Position numbers and translations under genes: made by a program. A stretch of DNA of 63,763 nucleotides, filler included, from Octopus bimaculoides (taxonomy: Eukaryota), in assembly GCF_001194135.2 (NCBI RefSeq). It is 5 parts of 4 records of this genome, joined end to end, with 100 filler letters (N's around TTAATTAATTAA, not from the genome) between each part and the next. Parts side by side here need not be neighbours in the genome. Positions count along the whole stretch, not along the records: positions 1 to 15,653 come from NC_068983.1; positions 15,754 to 36,181 come from NC_068991.1; 3 more parts are not named here. One strand, 5' to 3'. Shown piece after piece: positions 12,144 to 24,999 of the stretch; the stretch's first letter is position 1; every line of letters starts with the position of its first letter. The notes under the pieces were generated by a model. The model ran no database searches, was not told the origin of the DNA, and was given only the letters and a program-made list of their open reading frames with translations.

Positions 12144-13576
12144 ATATAATTTTACTCACTTTCATAAGACATATAATTTCATAAGATATATACACTTTCA
12201 TAAGACATATACACATATAATTTGATTATTCCCTACGAACATTTTCATCCCATTTAATATTTTTTCACTTATCTGGCTTAGACATTTATTCTGGCAATAA
12301 ATTTCACATGGTTTGAATTGCTCAAAGTAAACAACCAGTGACCCTTTTTAATCCGACATGTCAAAAGTTAATTTGAAATAATTCTGCTATTGGAGTGTCA
12401 CATTTGTACACATATATTCTGATTTTAGATGGATAGAGATAACCGGTCAATTATTCTAACAGTTTGATAAAATATAACTTGAAATTATAAAATATTAAGC
12501 AGTATAGTAAAATGAGATGCATAAAATTATCTCTACCTTAGTGACTTTTAGTTGCCGAAATCGAGAAGACAGTTGTTTTAAGAGAGGGATTAGATCGTAG
12601 GTTTTAACGCTACGCAAGCAGCGCTCATATCATTACCCATTCTACTTCCCTTGTTCGATTTTTCCTAGTGAATACGTGAAGACAAAATTATTAAAAGTAG
12701 TTTTGTAAGAATTTGAACTACAACATTTCGATTTGGAGTGCCTTCAGTCGTGACCGAAACTAATTTTTAGAAATCTATGTCTTTCACAAAACACTGACAA
12801 CAATCAAGAAGCAAATTCTCTAACTTAATCAACATTGTCCGAATAGAATCTCTGTTAAAATATCGTGCAATAATAGCTTATCAAGTTAATTATGTGATAT
12901 CACTGGTTGATTCAGCACAAATAAAGAAGTTGCCAGAATTTAAGTCTTCTTGAATTTGCTTTTCTCGATTAGATTTTATTTTCATAACTGTTTCAAAGAG
13001 TATTTCTGCTAATAACGGACATAGAGCTAATTATGAAAGTCATCAAATAAAAATTACACATATTTAGCAAAAGTTACTTTAGTAAACTCAGTATCACTTA
13101 GCGAATCTTCATAATCAATGATAGTTCGAGAAACACTAAAACTTGCAGCTACTAAAATGCCAAGCATTTTATTTAAGTTCTCTGTTTGAGAGTATTTCGC
13201 TTTAGTTGTTGGGATATATATTCTTTGCAGTCTAATCACGAAAAAAAAAAAAAAGAAATGCCAAAAATCATATACTTGTGACAGGTTAGCCTACACTCGG
13301 TTGATAGGTTGCTGATTCGTTGATCGTGACTTTAATTTACAAGTTATAGATAAAGTGCTGTATGCAATTTTTCAATATTGATATGTTAAAGCTTTCAATT
13401 TCTTAGATTTAGCGAGTTTTTTTTTTTTTTTATCGCAGAAAAATATTTTTATTGCAGAAAAATATTTTTAACAACGTCCATCATGTGTCATTGGTTCACC
13501 GTCATTGAACTAAAGTCATCCTGGTTAATAAAATAAGGGTAATTGGGTTTCAATGACAGGGAATGATAGTCGATAA

Positions 13577-13842
13577 GAATCCAGGTAAAAAAAAGTTACA
13601 GGTTAAAAAAAAAAGTTACAGGTTAAAAAGTCACAGGAAAAAAAAGTCACAGGAAAAAAAGTAACAGAAAAAAGTCACAGGAAGCAAAATCACAGGGGTT
13701 TTATCCGGGGTGGGGTTGTCCGAGGGGGGTTGTCTGAGGGGGTTTTGTCCGGATCCCATAAATTAACTGTGACTTTTTCCTAGCCAAAATTGTGACTTTA
13801 TTATTGTAACTTTTTTTTCTTGTGACTTTATTACCGGTCACC
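13577..13842. mobile_element. Foldback-like non-autonomous DNA element
   Basis: Left array of AAAAGT(C/T)ACAG(G), central GGGGTT(T/G)TGTCCG units, right array of inverted TGTGACTTT units; right half matches 1-457. Confidence 0.6.
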
Positions 13843-14157
13843 GTTGAGAATGAAACAACCAAGTAGCATCCAATCAACTGTTTAATTCAAAACTTCTTTT
13901 TTTACTGATTTTTATGTACAATGAATATTTATTTATTGAAAACATTTACTACATAGAATACATAAGATAAAAATACGCGCGAATCTGAACTTCGATAGCC
14001 TTCAATGGTAAGAATAACTTGTAATACATTTGACTCTTTTGACATCGGTTTTTTTTTGTTTTTTGTTACTATCACATGGGCAAAAATAGAAGCTCCCATG
14101 TTAATGTTGAGTCATGCAAATCTATAAAAAGTATTAAATATATATGTAAATACATCA

Positions 14158-15130
14158 ATAAGGGCTCAGATATGGCGGTTTTTTTAACTTGAACAGGAGG
14201 GCAGGCAGGCAGATGAAATTCAGCAATAAAAGTTGGGCAGGTATATTTCCTCCAATGAGGGCTTCGAAATCCACGAGCGGCATCCAACAGTGGTGAATCT
14301 ATCTGTACATCTTGAAAATAGCCAGCGTGTATATTTCATAGAAGACAATGCTCGAAACGTAGTTCTGAATCCACCAGAAACCACTCTAACAGCTTTCTTC
14401 AAATGTTGCCAATGCGATCTGTTTGCCCGAACACTGTTGTATGTTGAGGTTCCCGTGTACTATACCTTGGCATGCAATGGAACAGACGCAAGCAAGGAGC
14501 ACGCGTTGAGGGCTGGGAAGAAGATGCTGTCTTCAGAAGTGGAGCCATCGGGCGGGTGTATACTGTGCACCCTAATCAGTGGGAGTGCTTCTTTATGCGT
14601 CTACTGCTGCACACTGTCAGACCATCGAAGACACAACGGGGAAGTCTGCACGACCTATAGAGAAGTCTGCGCCGAACATGGACTAATGAAGGACGATGCT
14701 CACTGGGTACAGACACTGGGAGATTTCACAGTCCTGCTTGCAGGAGACTTTATACAAACCCTCCCCGTGGTTCCAAAGGGGACAAGAGCTGACGAGGGAA
14801 ATGACAGCATAAAGTCATCCTACCTATGGAACAGTGTGCAAAAGCTGAGACTCACAACCAAGAGACTGTAGCTCAGTGGTGATGATACTGACAGAACCTT
14901 GTCAAAGCAACTGTTGGACGTTGGTAATGGCACTTCGGTTGGTGAGAAGCTTGCCTTTTGGACATATGTTATCTGATTTAAAGGAACTAATGAATAAGGT
15001 GTTTCTTAACCTGAGGAATTAGTTTACAGAGAACAACTGGCTGAAAACCCGTGCCATTTTAGCTCCAAAAATGTGGCAGTTGAGGATTTGAACATCAAAC
15101 TTCTGGAACAAGCTTATTGTGCCATTTTTA
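14158..15130 (+). mobile_element. Helitron RepHel pseudogene fragment, internally deleted
   Basis: GRYISSNE..IHERHPTVVNLSVHLENSQRVYF..TTLTAFF; GRVYTVHPN..ECFFMRLLLHTV; PIF1-type motif VLLAGDFIQTLPVV; RAILAPKN. Confidence 0.92.
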
Positions 15131-15337
15131 CCTGTGCCATTTTTACCGTTCACCGTATATAAGAGATACAAGATAGAGAATAAGCCAAAAGAAAACCAAA
15201 GTAATGAAAACTGGAAAAAGCACTGAGGAGAATCTGCAAATCAACATGAACGGAAACTTGCGTTACACTGCTGCATTCATATGAAATCAAGTGATCAGTC
15301 TTTCTGTCACATTTCACTAATTTCTATTTATTTATCA

Positions 15338-15428
15338 CTAGCAGAAATACCCGGCGTTGCCCGGGTTAAAGAGAATAATGAAATCTAAAAACGCCGTCTA
15401 AACTACGCATCATCTTTATATATAGAGA
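15338..15428 (-). mobile_element. 91-bp non-autonomous mini-Helitron
   Basis: Minus strand A|TCTCTATATATAAAG...ACCCGGGCAACGCCGGGT..TTTCTGCTAG|T: 5' TC, 3' hairpin, CTAG end, A/T insertion site. Confidence 0.85.
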
Positions 15429-15697
15429 TTTTGTACAAATTATCGGTGGTGCGGGGCATTATCAAATTATCTGAAAATGACATTGAACAAAACTTCTTAG
15501 GGTATTTAGTTTACAGCTCTACATGTTCTGAGCTCAAATCCCATCGAGGGAAACATATACAAAATTCAAAAGATAGCCGGCTTTTCAGAGACATCATAAA
15601 GAAGCAGTTTTAAATGTCAATGCGAACGAAATTTCCCCCTTCGATCGAAGGGTNNNNNNNNNNNNNNNNNNNNNNNNNNNNNNNNNNNNNNNNNNNN

Positions 15698-15709
15698 TTA
15701 ATTAATTAA
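15698..15709. other. Artificial TTAATTAATTAA scaffolding linker (also 36226-36237, 38554-38565, 41881-41892)
   Basis: Identical 12-mer centred in N runs four times; has stops in all frames. Confidence 0.95.
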
Positions 15710-15753
15710 NNNNNNNNNNNNNNNNNNNNNNNNNNNNNNNNNNNNNNNNNNNN

Positions 15754-16270
15754 ATGTGTGCAGTGCCCAGTAGTGCAATTTTCTGTATGTCATATATATT
15801 TGTAAGTCCTGGTGTTTTTGTTATGTATTTATCTGAATATTTTTTTATTATACCTAAGGCACCTACTATGATAGGAATTGCTTCTGTTTTTAGATTCCAC
15901 ATTCGAGTTACCTCTATTTCCAGGTCTTTGTATTTTGAAAGTTTCTCCATTTCTTTTAGGGAAACGTTGTCATCTGCTGGTATTGATACATCAATTAGAA
16001 AGCATTTCTTTTCTTCATGATCTTTGACAACTATATCTGGTCTATTGGCTTTAATTTCTCTATCTGTGTGTGTATTGGCATATCCCAGAGTATGGTTGCT
16101 TTCTCGTTTTCTGTGACCTTTTCTGGGCAGCCACAGATAATATGATTTACTGTTTCTTGTCCATCTCCACATATTCTACAGTTACTTGTTTCTTTTCATT
16201 ATATGTTTTTGGTAATTTCTGGTGGGGAAGCTTTGGTCTTGTGCAGCAATTAAAAATCCTTCAGTCTCTT
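15754..16270 (-). mobile_element. R4/Dong-type non-LTR retrotransposon 3' fragment (restriction-like endonuclease)
   Basis: IKANRPDIVVKD..CFLIDVSIPAD..EKLSKYKDL..IPIIVGALG (PD..D/E-x-K nuclease). Confidence 0.88.
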
Positions 16271-16339
<69 letters not shown>

Positions 16340-16406
16340 GAGTGAGAGAGCAGTGCATGCCCTTATTATTATTATTATTATTATTACTATTAGTATTATT
16401 ATTATT
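16271..16406. repeat. (ATT)n microsatellite, interrupted
   Basis: Direct reading. Confidence 0.95.
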
Positions 16407-16720
16407 GTTCAGTAGTTTTATTTTTATAACGTGCTTTCACTTCACTACCGAGCGCAGCTCTGTGCGCCTTGGGTATGTGCTGTGGTTTGCTGTGGTGCTC
16501 TTATGTTTACTGTATTGAAAGTGTTTTGCGTAGAATGTGTACAGTACCCAGTAGTGCAATTTTCTGTATGTTATATATATTTGTAAGTCCTGGTGTTTTT
16601 GTTATGTATTTGTCTGAATATGTTTTTATTATACCTAAGGCACCTACTATGATAGGAATTGTTTCTGTTTTTAGATTCCACATTCGAGTTATCTCTATTT
16701 CCAGGTCTTTGTATTTTGAA
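16407..16720 (-). mobile_element. Second copy of the same R4/Dong-type 3' end, with 3' UTR and (TAA)n tail
   Basis: SKYKDLEIEITRMWNLKTETIPIIVGALG..RKTLSIQ*; near-identical to 15754-15940. Confidence 0.88.
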
Positions 16721-17229
16721 ATTATTATTATTATTACTATTATTATTGTTGTTGTTATCATCATCATCAAAATCATAGTGATCATCGTCTCCATTATGAT
16801 ATTACAACATTTCTCATTTCTGTTGTTTCTTTGCTTTGTTTTGTTTTTGTTTTTGTTGTTTTTTTGTTTCTTTGTTATTTTGTTTTTATCGTTATTCTTA
16901 ACAGGTTTGGTAAAATGAAATAAATAACGACGGACAATTATGGATGCATAAAGTGTTGCAATTTTTCAGACCGCTGACCAAGCATGAAAAAAGCGGTCAT
17001 TTTCCTTGCTGATTCTCAGTCATTCGTTTTGATTAAGTAGTTGGATTTATCTTGATAGAAACCCAATACCTTCTGTTAAACATCATATGTAACGGGAGTC
17101 TTCGGCAAGTGTTTGCAGTCACAAATCTATGTTATGAACTTATGCGTTCATACTTCTCTTTATATATATATTTATATCTACACAAACACACTGACAGAAG
17201 CAGGGACGCATATACATACATACATACAT

Positions 17230-17278
<49 letters not shown>

Positions 17279-19299
17279 AATGTAAACAAAAGGCCCCATG
17301 TGTGATACGTTTATATCTGTGTATGCATTTCTCACAGGCATATACATACATACTTACATATATACATACATGCATACATATATATGTGTGTGCGTCTGTG
17401 TGTGTCTGTGTGTGCGTGCGTGTGTATATATTTATATATACATATATATATATATATATANNNNNNNNNNNNNNNNNNNNNNNNNNNNNNNNNNNNNNNN
17501 NNNNNNNNNNNNNNNNNNNNNNNNNNNNNNNNNNNNNNNNNNNNNNNNNNNNNNNNNNNNNNNNNNNNNNNNNNNNNNNNNNNNNNNNNNNNNNNNNNNN
17601 NNNNNNNNNNNNNNNNNNNNNNNNNNNNNNNNNNNNNNNNNNNNNNNNNNNNNNNNNNNNNNNNNNNNNNNNNNNNNNNNNNNNNNNNNNNNNNNNNNNN
17701 NNNNNNNNNNNNNNNNNNNNNNNNNNNNNNNNNNNNNNNNNNNNNNNNNNNNNNNNNNNNNNNNNNNNNNNNNNNNNNNNNNNNNNNNNNNNNNNNNNNN
17801 NNNNNNNNNNNNNNNNNNNNNNNNNNNNNNNNNNNNNNNNNNNNNNNNNNNNNNNNNNNNNNNNNNNNNNNNNNNNNNNNNNNNNNNNNNNNNNNNNNNN
17901 NNNNNNNNNNNNNNNNNNNNNNNNNNNNNNNNNNNNNNNNNNNNNNNNNNNNNNNNNNNNNNNNNNNNNNNNNNNNNNNNNNNNNNNNNNNNNNNNNNNN
18001 NNNNNNNNNNNNNNNNNNNNNNNNNNNNNNNNNNNNNNNNNNNNNNNNNNNNNNNNNNNNNNNNNNNNNNNNNNNNNNNNNNNNNNNNNNNNNNNNNNNN
18101 NNNNNNNNNNNNNNNNNNNNNNNNNNNNNNNNNNNNNNNNNNNNNNNNNNNNNNNNNNNNNNNNNNNNNNNNNNNNNNNNNNNNNNNNNNNNNNNNNNNN
18201 NNNNNNNNNNTATGTATATATATATTAGAGTGTGCCTTTTTGTATTTATGTTTACGGACGATATATATGCACATATAAATAAACACAGTATATGTGTATG
18301 CATGTATGTATATGTGATCAAACGGATTCTGAAGGGGCTGGAGTTACTCAGCGCCAGCAAGACTTGTCTTATTTAGTTAAATCGATAAAAAGACCACATT
18401 GGGCTTACCATGAGGAATGAAAAACGCAGTTCTTATTTAGGGAATAACTGAAAATAATGACAGACAGCAGAAAGTTATTAGTAAATAAGTAGATTGAAAA
18501 TAACTTATATATACACACACACACAAAATAGTGGCAGACAGCAGAAGTCTGTGTTTTCTATTTTTCTTTTTAACTTAGAGAATAAAACTTTGCTGTCTCA
18601 TTAATTCCTCGTCCTTCAATTTTTTCCTTAAAGAAAGACCCTGTCCGAAACGTTTGATCAGTCACTTCCGAAGACAAATTCATTGTACAATTTGTATCGA
18701 TTTTACTATATATGTATATGCTTATTCATGCACGTACTCACACAAACACATATATGTGACTGTGTGAGTGCGTATATGTGTGTGTTTGTGTATATATTTA
18801 AGTGTGTGTGTGTGTGTGTGTACTTTTTGGTCTTCATAGTGCTTAACGGAAGAGAAACAACAACTCAAGTGTCATGCTGGAATATCGCTGGTTGAAACAC
18901 ATATTACGCAACAAGTGACATATAAGAATGCTTGAGGAAAAGGATTACCAGCAATTTAGAGATAGAGCGATAAAGTTAAGTGAGTAGATGCGTAGAGAAA
19001 GCGATGAATATGGTGTTCAGAAATTCGGATTAAGTCCCTGGGAAAGGCAATGAGATATTTTTAGAAAACGGATACACTGATATTCAAATGGGATGGAAAA
19101 ATTGTAAATAACTAGCGGAAAATAAGACACATCTACACACAAACACGCACACACACATCTTCACTCGCAACCATGCAAGCGTACATCATTGTACGCTCTC
19201 ACATAGGCACACATATACACACTTTCACTTATATTCGTCCGCACTCCCGCCTTTCGGGGACCTACAATTTGATACTATTGTGCATGTCCCAATCTTTTA

Positions 19300-19683
19300 G
19301 TTTCTAGACGTGATTGGCAAATGTGAAATTCCAGGCGTCGACGTAAAGAAAGAAGACAAAAAGCAAAAGAAAACACAATGCCTTAAAATTTGAAATCGCA
19401 AGAATTTGGAATATGAAAAGTGTAAAGGTTATGCCTATAATAATTGGTGCATTGGGAACTGTAAGCAAAGATACAAACAAACGGTTAAAGGAGATTGGAA
19501 TAGAATGGCCTCTACAGCTTCTACAGAAATTTTGGCTCTTAGAGACAGAGAAGATTATCAGGATGGTCTTAAGCACTTGAAAGAGTAATGACAGATTGTG
19601 GATACCTAAGGTTACAGGTAGTAACCCGCTACCCACATAAATTCTACCCCGAAATAGGACGAATTTCAATGAAATCAATAAAA

Positions 19684-19684
<1 letters not shown>
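19300..19684 (+). mobile_element. R4/Dong-type 3' end (different subfamily) followed by (TAA)n
   Basis: LKFEIARIWNMKSVKVMPIIIGALGTV..LQK..IIRMVLST*; 3' UTR runs into TAA repeats. Confidence 0.8.
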
Positions 19685-19735
<51 letters not shown>

Positions 19736-19850
19736 CAACAACAACAACATAAGTAATAGAGAGAGAGAGAAAGAGAGGGAGAAAGAAAGACAGATAGATA
19801 GACAGAGAGAAAAAGAAGAAATGCAGACAGATAGATAGAGATAGATCGAC

Positions 19851-19915
<65 letters not shown>

Positions 19916-19962
19916 CATACATACATACATACATACATACATACATACATACATACATACAT
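19685..19962. repeat. Compound microsatellite (TAA)n(CAA)n(GA)n(AAAG)n(AGAT)n(ACAT)n
   Basis: Direct reading. Confidence 0.95.
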
Positions 19963-20545
19963 AAAAAGGCACGGTGAGAGAGAACTCTATGTGTGTATAC
20001 GTATTGTTAGAGCGCCCATGTATGTTTCTGTGTCTATATGTCTATCTGTCAGTCTGTCTCTCAGTCTGTCTTTCAGTCTGTCTGTCTATGAGAAATAAAT
20101 GGCGTGTGTCTAATTTGCATATATTAGAATGTGTGTCATGACTTATATGTGGGATGGATTAAGTACACGTCATTAAAATGTAATTTATTTAATAACATAA
20201 TCCGGCTATCATAGCTGCGATCAGAGATATGCAGGAATTTTCTGATAGCACAAATTGAAGCCCTTATCAAGTACACTATAAATATTTCCTGCTAAACATC
20301 ATAGATTTTCTTTAACAGAAGATCTTTGTAAATTATCGTAATTGATCTCGATTAATGAGACGTTTTAAGATATTATACACAGGCATTGTTTTGCAGTCAT
20401 GATGTCCGCTTTGCAAGAACGTGGTTTTCGGTTCAGTCCCACTCTGTGGCAGTTTGGAAAAGTGTCTTCTACAAAGTGACGGGCTGAGTAGTGGTTTGTG
20501 AGTGAATTTGGCAGATGGATGCTCTGTAGAAACACGTCGTATGTA

Positions 20546-20600
<55 letters not shown>

Positions 20601-21013
20601 NNNNNNNNNNNNNNNNNNNNNNNNNNNNNNNNNNNNNNNNNNNNNNNNNNNNNNNNNNNNNNNNNNNNNNNNNNNNNNNNNNNNNNNNNNNNNNNNNNNN
20701 NNNNNNNNNNNNNNNNNNNNNNNNNNNNNNNNNNNNNNNNNNNNNNNNNNNNNNNNNNNNNNNNNNNNNNNNNNNNNNNNNNNNNNNNNNNNNNNNNNNN
20801 NNNNNNNNNNNNNNNNNNNNNNNNNNNNNNNNNNNNNNNNNNNNNNNNNNNNNNNNNNNNNNNNNNNNNNNNNNNNNNNNNNNNNNNNNNNNNNNNNNNN
20901 NNNNNNNNNNNNNNNNNNNNNNNNNNNNNNNNNNNNNNNNNNNNNNNNNNNNNNNNNNNNNNNNNNNNNNNNNNNNNNNNNNNNNNNNNNNNNNNNNNNN
21001 NNNNNNNNNNNNA

Positions 21014-21121
21014 GAAGAAGAAGAAGAAGAAGAAGAAGAAGAAGAAGAAGAAGAAGAAGAAGAAGAAGAAGAAGAAGAAGAAGAAGAAGAAGAAGAAGAA
21101 GAAGAAGAAGAAGAAGAAGAG
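21014..21121. repeat. (AAG)n microsatellite
   Basis: Direct reading. Confidence 0.95.
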
Positions 21122-22367
21122 TTTAAAACCTGATTTTCTTCGTCAGTCCATATTTTACTTCCATTCTATGTCTAGTTTCAGAAACATACAAGACGTGTGA
21201 GGGGGTGAACATTTTACAGCGATTTGACGAAAGATTTTAATGTACGTAACTATATAATGAAAGTCTGTGTGTTGAAATATCAACAAATACGACTCTACCA
21301 AAAGACACCAGAATGCAAGTTATTAATAATATGTTACCTTAGTTATAAAAAAAATCCCTCTCTGAATTGTCAGAATAAAAAAAAAAATAAAGAAAAATAA
21401 TTCAGATTAATTCTAAAGTTTGAGATGGTTCGAGATATTCGTAATGTAAATGCCAAACAATCGAGAAATTAGTGATTTATTGGTATTGTTTTAATCGACT
21501 CGTTACAATATCAGCCTTGTTCGTTGAATTTTAATCCCTATCACTTGTGTAGAGTAATCATGCTTTGTCCCTAGAGAAAGCATTTAACTTCATTTCCCTT
21601 GAATTATGCCCGATAAGGATGCTGTCATTTTAAAATATCGCCTACACTTTAAAAAACATCCACAATGTTGTAATATCACCAGTATATTCGAAAAAAAAAT
21701 ATATGTATAAAAAAAAAATATTACCATTTGGAGAAAAGAAGATTTAAATAAAAAAAAAAGCAACCATTTGAATAGTCAGCGCCATATTAAAATAGCAATT
21801 GAAGCGCCCAGTTGACACCGCTTCACTGACTACAAACTTGTTAAGATATAAATTTCATTCGTTCTTGTTTTTTTTAATTTGTTTGTCCAGTTCATGTTAA
21901 TTACACAATCAGTAAAGCGTTTCGCTAAAGTAATTCGTCCATTAAGGCACAAATGCGATTAATATATATACATACATACACATATACATATATNNNNNNN
22001 NNNTGTATGTATGTATGTATGTATGTATGTATGTGTGTGTGTGTGTACATACAACAACGAAAACATAGCAAAAAAAGAAAATGTCGCATCCGCACGATCA
22101 GCAGATTATATCGATCATACATCGTTAGAGAAGATTTTTACGATTCCCTGGCTCATACTTAATCAATCAATAATGTGTTGCTGTTGTTGGTTTTTATTTA
22201 ACGTGTGTGTGTGTGTGTGTGTGAGTGTAAATTTATTACATATTAAATCTATTATTTGTTTATAAACTTTTATTCCTTCTTTTTTGCATATAAAATTAAA
22301 TGTAAATTTCCACCAACTTCTAAATTTTGTATAATTATTTTTTTCATTTCACGTATTTGCAATTGGT

Positions 22368-22390
22368 ACTACTACTACTACTACTACTAC

Positions 22391-22446
<56 letters not shown>

Positions 22447-22957
22447 NNNNNNNNNNNNNNNNNNNNNNNNNNNNNNNNNNNNNNNNNNNNNNNNNNNNNN
22501 NNNNNNNNNNNNNNNNNNNNNNNNNNNNNNNNNNNNNNNNNNNNNNNNNNNNNNNNNNNNNNNNNNNNNNNNNNNNNNNNNNNNNNNNNNNNNNNNNNNN
22601 NNNNNNNNNNNNNNNNNNNNNNNNNNNNNNNNNNNNNNNNNNNNNNNNNNNNNNNNNNNNNNNNNNNNNNNNNNNNNNNNNNNNNNNNNNNNNNNNNNNN
22701 NNNNNNNNNNNNNNNNNNNNNNNNNNNNNNNNNNNNNNNNNNNNNNNNNNNNNNNNNNNNNNNNNNNNNNNNNNNNNNNNNNNNNNNNNNNNNNNNNNNN
22801 NNNNNNNNNNNNNNNNNNNNNNNNNNNNNNNNNNNNNNNNNNNNNNNNNNNNNNNNNNNNNNNNNNNNNNNNNNNNNNNNNNNNNNNNNNNNNNNNNNNN
22901 NNNNNNNNNNNNNNNNNNNNNNNNNNNNNNNNNNNNNNNNNNNNNNNNNNNNNNNNN

Positions 22958-23031
<74 letters not shown>
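22368..23031. repeat. (CTA)n/(TAA)n microsatellite spanning a gap
   Basis: Direct reading on both sides of the gap. Confidence 0.9.
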
Positions 23032-23032
<1 letters not shown>

Positions 23033-23399
23033 TTTTTACTGCTATTAGTATTTTTTTACTACTACCACTGCGTTACTATAGGAGTCAAATGTATTCTAAG
23101 GCTTTATTTGCCTTTTGCATTTTGTACAAATTGTATTTTCATCTCTCTCCTATAATATGAATGAGTGCATGTCATTACGTTAACATTTTGTTGGTGGTGC
23201 TGCTGGTGGCTGCTGCTGCTGTTGTTTGGCCCTAGAAAGATCTGGCTGAGATGACCTATGTTCCAGCTGTGACCATCCTGTGTTTCCACACATAGTTAAT
23301 CTCAGAATTCATTATCCAAAAAGTCGTTCGCGTTTCTTATTTTTATGCCATTTGGAGGTAATTTGAGGAAAATATGGTTGCTATTTCTTGCAGATCGAC

Positions 23400-24445
23400 T
23401 AGTAGAACTGGGTATTATGCCTAATTCCTTTATCCATCTGTTCAGATCTTTAAGGATAGTTCCCAATGCACCTATAACTACTGGGATACATTTTATCTGC
23501 ACTTTTCACAGTCTCTGTAATTCAATAGCTAGGTCCTGGTACTTCACTATTTTTTCTATATTTCTCATATTAATTTTTTCATCATTTGGGACTCTAAAGT
23601 CAATTATCTGGCACTTTCTATTCTCTTTATCTACTACTACCAAATCAGCCCTTCTAGCTTCTATTACTCTGTCTGTCTGAATGTTAAAGTCACACAGCAT
23701 CTTGTACTTCTTACTTTCTAATATTTTACTAGGTTGATGTTCATTCCATTTATCAGTATGTTCAAATTCTAGCTTTCTACATTATTCCCAGTGGATTGCT
23801 CTCCATGGATTGTCATATAATTTCTTGTATTCTTTCTGTGCCAGCAAGCTACATTCACTTAATATGAGTAACGCTTTCATTTTTGATTTGCATAATCTAC
23901 ATTGGGAATCTACGTGGTTTTTGTCTCTTTTGGTTGTTATCCAATTAGTCCTTAATGCTTGATCTTGTGCAGCTACTAACAAACTTTTTGTCACCATCTT
24001 CAGCTTTCCCTTCTGCAGCCATAACCATGTCTCACTACAACTATTTACTCCAACTATCTTTGGGAATCTACCATGCAACGCCTTCTCCTGCCAGCCAGAT
24101 AATTTCTGTTCTTTTTCTGGTTTTTAAGTTCGTTTGGGTTTTTGGTTTCCCTGTGTCTTGCTGTGACTCTAGCAGCTTTTAATAAACTTCCTTCACCATT
24201 ACCTACATAGGGGTCTATATATATACTCTAGCTAACTCCATGCAGTCTTCTACTGATATTAAACCCTCTTCCGCCTTCCTTTCTAAGCAAGCATAATCTT
24301 GCTACTCCTGGCCTTGAGTGGAGTCCTCCATTCATTCATATTGAATTCCTACCTAGTTCGCCTGTCTAGCTTTGGTAATTCAGTTTTTGTCCAATCTACA
24401 AAAAAGCTGCTGAATATCTAAGTAATGATACTGCCCAAGTATTAT
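23400..24445 (-). mobile_element. Decayed R4/Dong-type element: zinc knuckle plus restriction-like endonuclease
   Basis: AAQDQALRTN..CRLCK..ECSLLAQKEY; DFNIQTDRVIEARRADLVVVDK..EKIVKYQDL..IPVVIGALG. Confidence 0.88.
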
Positions 24446-24454
24446 CATTATTAT

Positions 24455-24455
<1 letters not shown>

Positions 24456-24527
<72 letters not shown>
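24456..24527. repeat. (TAG)n microsatellite
   Basis: Direct reading. Confidence 0.95.
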
Positions 24528-24530
<3 letters not shown>

Positions 24531-24999
24531 CTTCTTTACTAGATATTTTTTTTTTGTAGTCATGCAATAATTTTCTAGTCACATAAAACTCTGCAGAGCT
24601 CTATATAAGTTGAAGCAAATATAACCTTTCTGTGTCATATTTTGAATGATGTAATCTAAAAGCAATCATTATTTTTCTTTCCTTTCCTATTGAGTCTTGT
24701 TAATTCGCATGGCGTCCACTTGAAAATATTATAACTATGTCGTATTATTGTGACATCCAAAGTATTGATATGATACCAATTTTATTTCACTGATTTGTTT
24801 TATTATTTCTTATTTATTTATTTATTCATTTTTTTTTAATTCATTTTGCCATTTAGCTCCGTCTGAAGTAGTAATCTAAAGTTTCTGCGATACCCTTCCT
24901 GACCAATTATTTTTTTTTTCCTTTTTACATGTATTGATGTCTAGTTCATTAATTCTTAAGTATTTGTATGTCTGTGTTTGGTATATTTCTCTTATCTCA

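Noticed and set aside
15698-15709. TTAATTAATTAA palindrome recurring four times
   Set aside because: Always centred in N runs; a scaffolding artefact
16070-16918. Poly-Ile and similar low-complexity ORFs (also poly-HT, CV, YI, LS, E/K/R and His/Thr ORFs elsewhere)
   Set aside because: Translations of di-, tri- and tetranucleotide repeats or antisense frames of LINE fragments
18620-18662. Hammerhead-like fossil TTAAAGA-AAGAC(CCT)GTCC-GAAACGTT
   Set aside because: Core start is mutated and there is no stem I; too decayed to call
21890-21928. 39-nt micro-exon candidate (FMLITQSVKRFAK) and a similar candidate at about 30675-30748
   Set aside because: Only splice-like signals, no recognisable peptide or consistent partner exons
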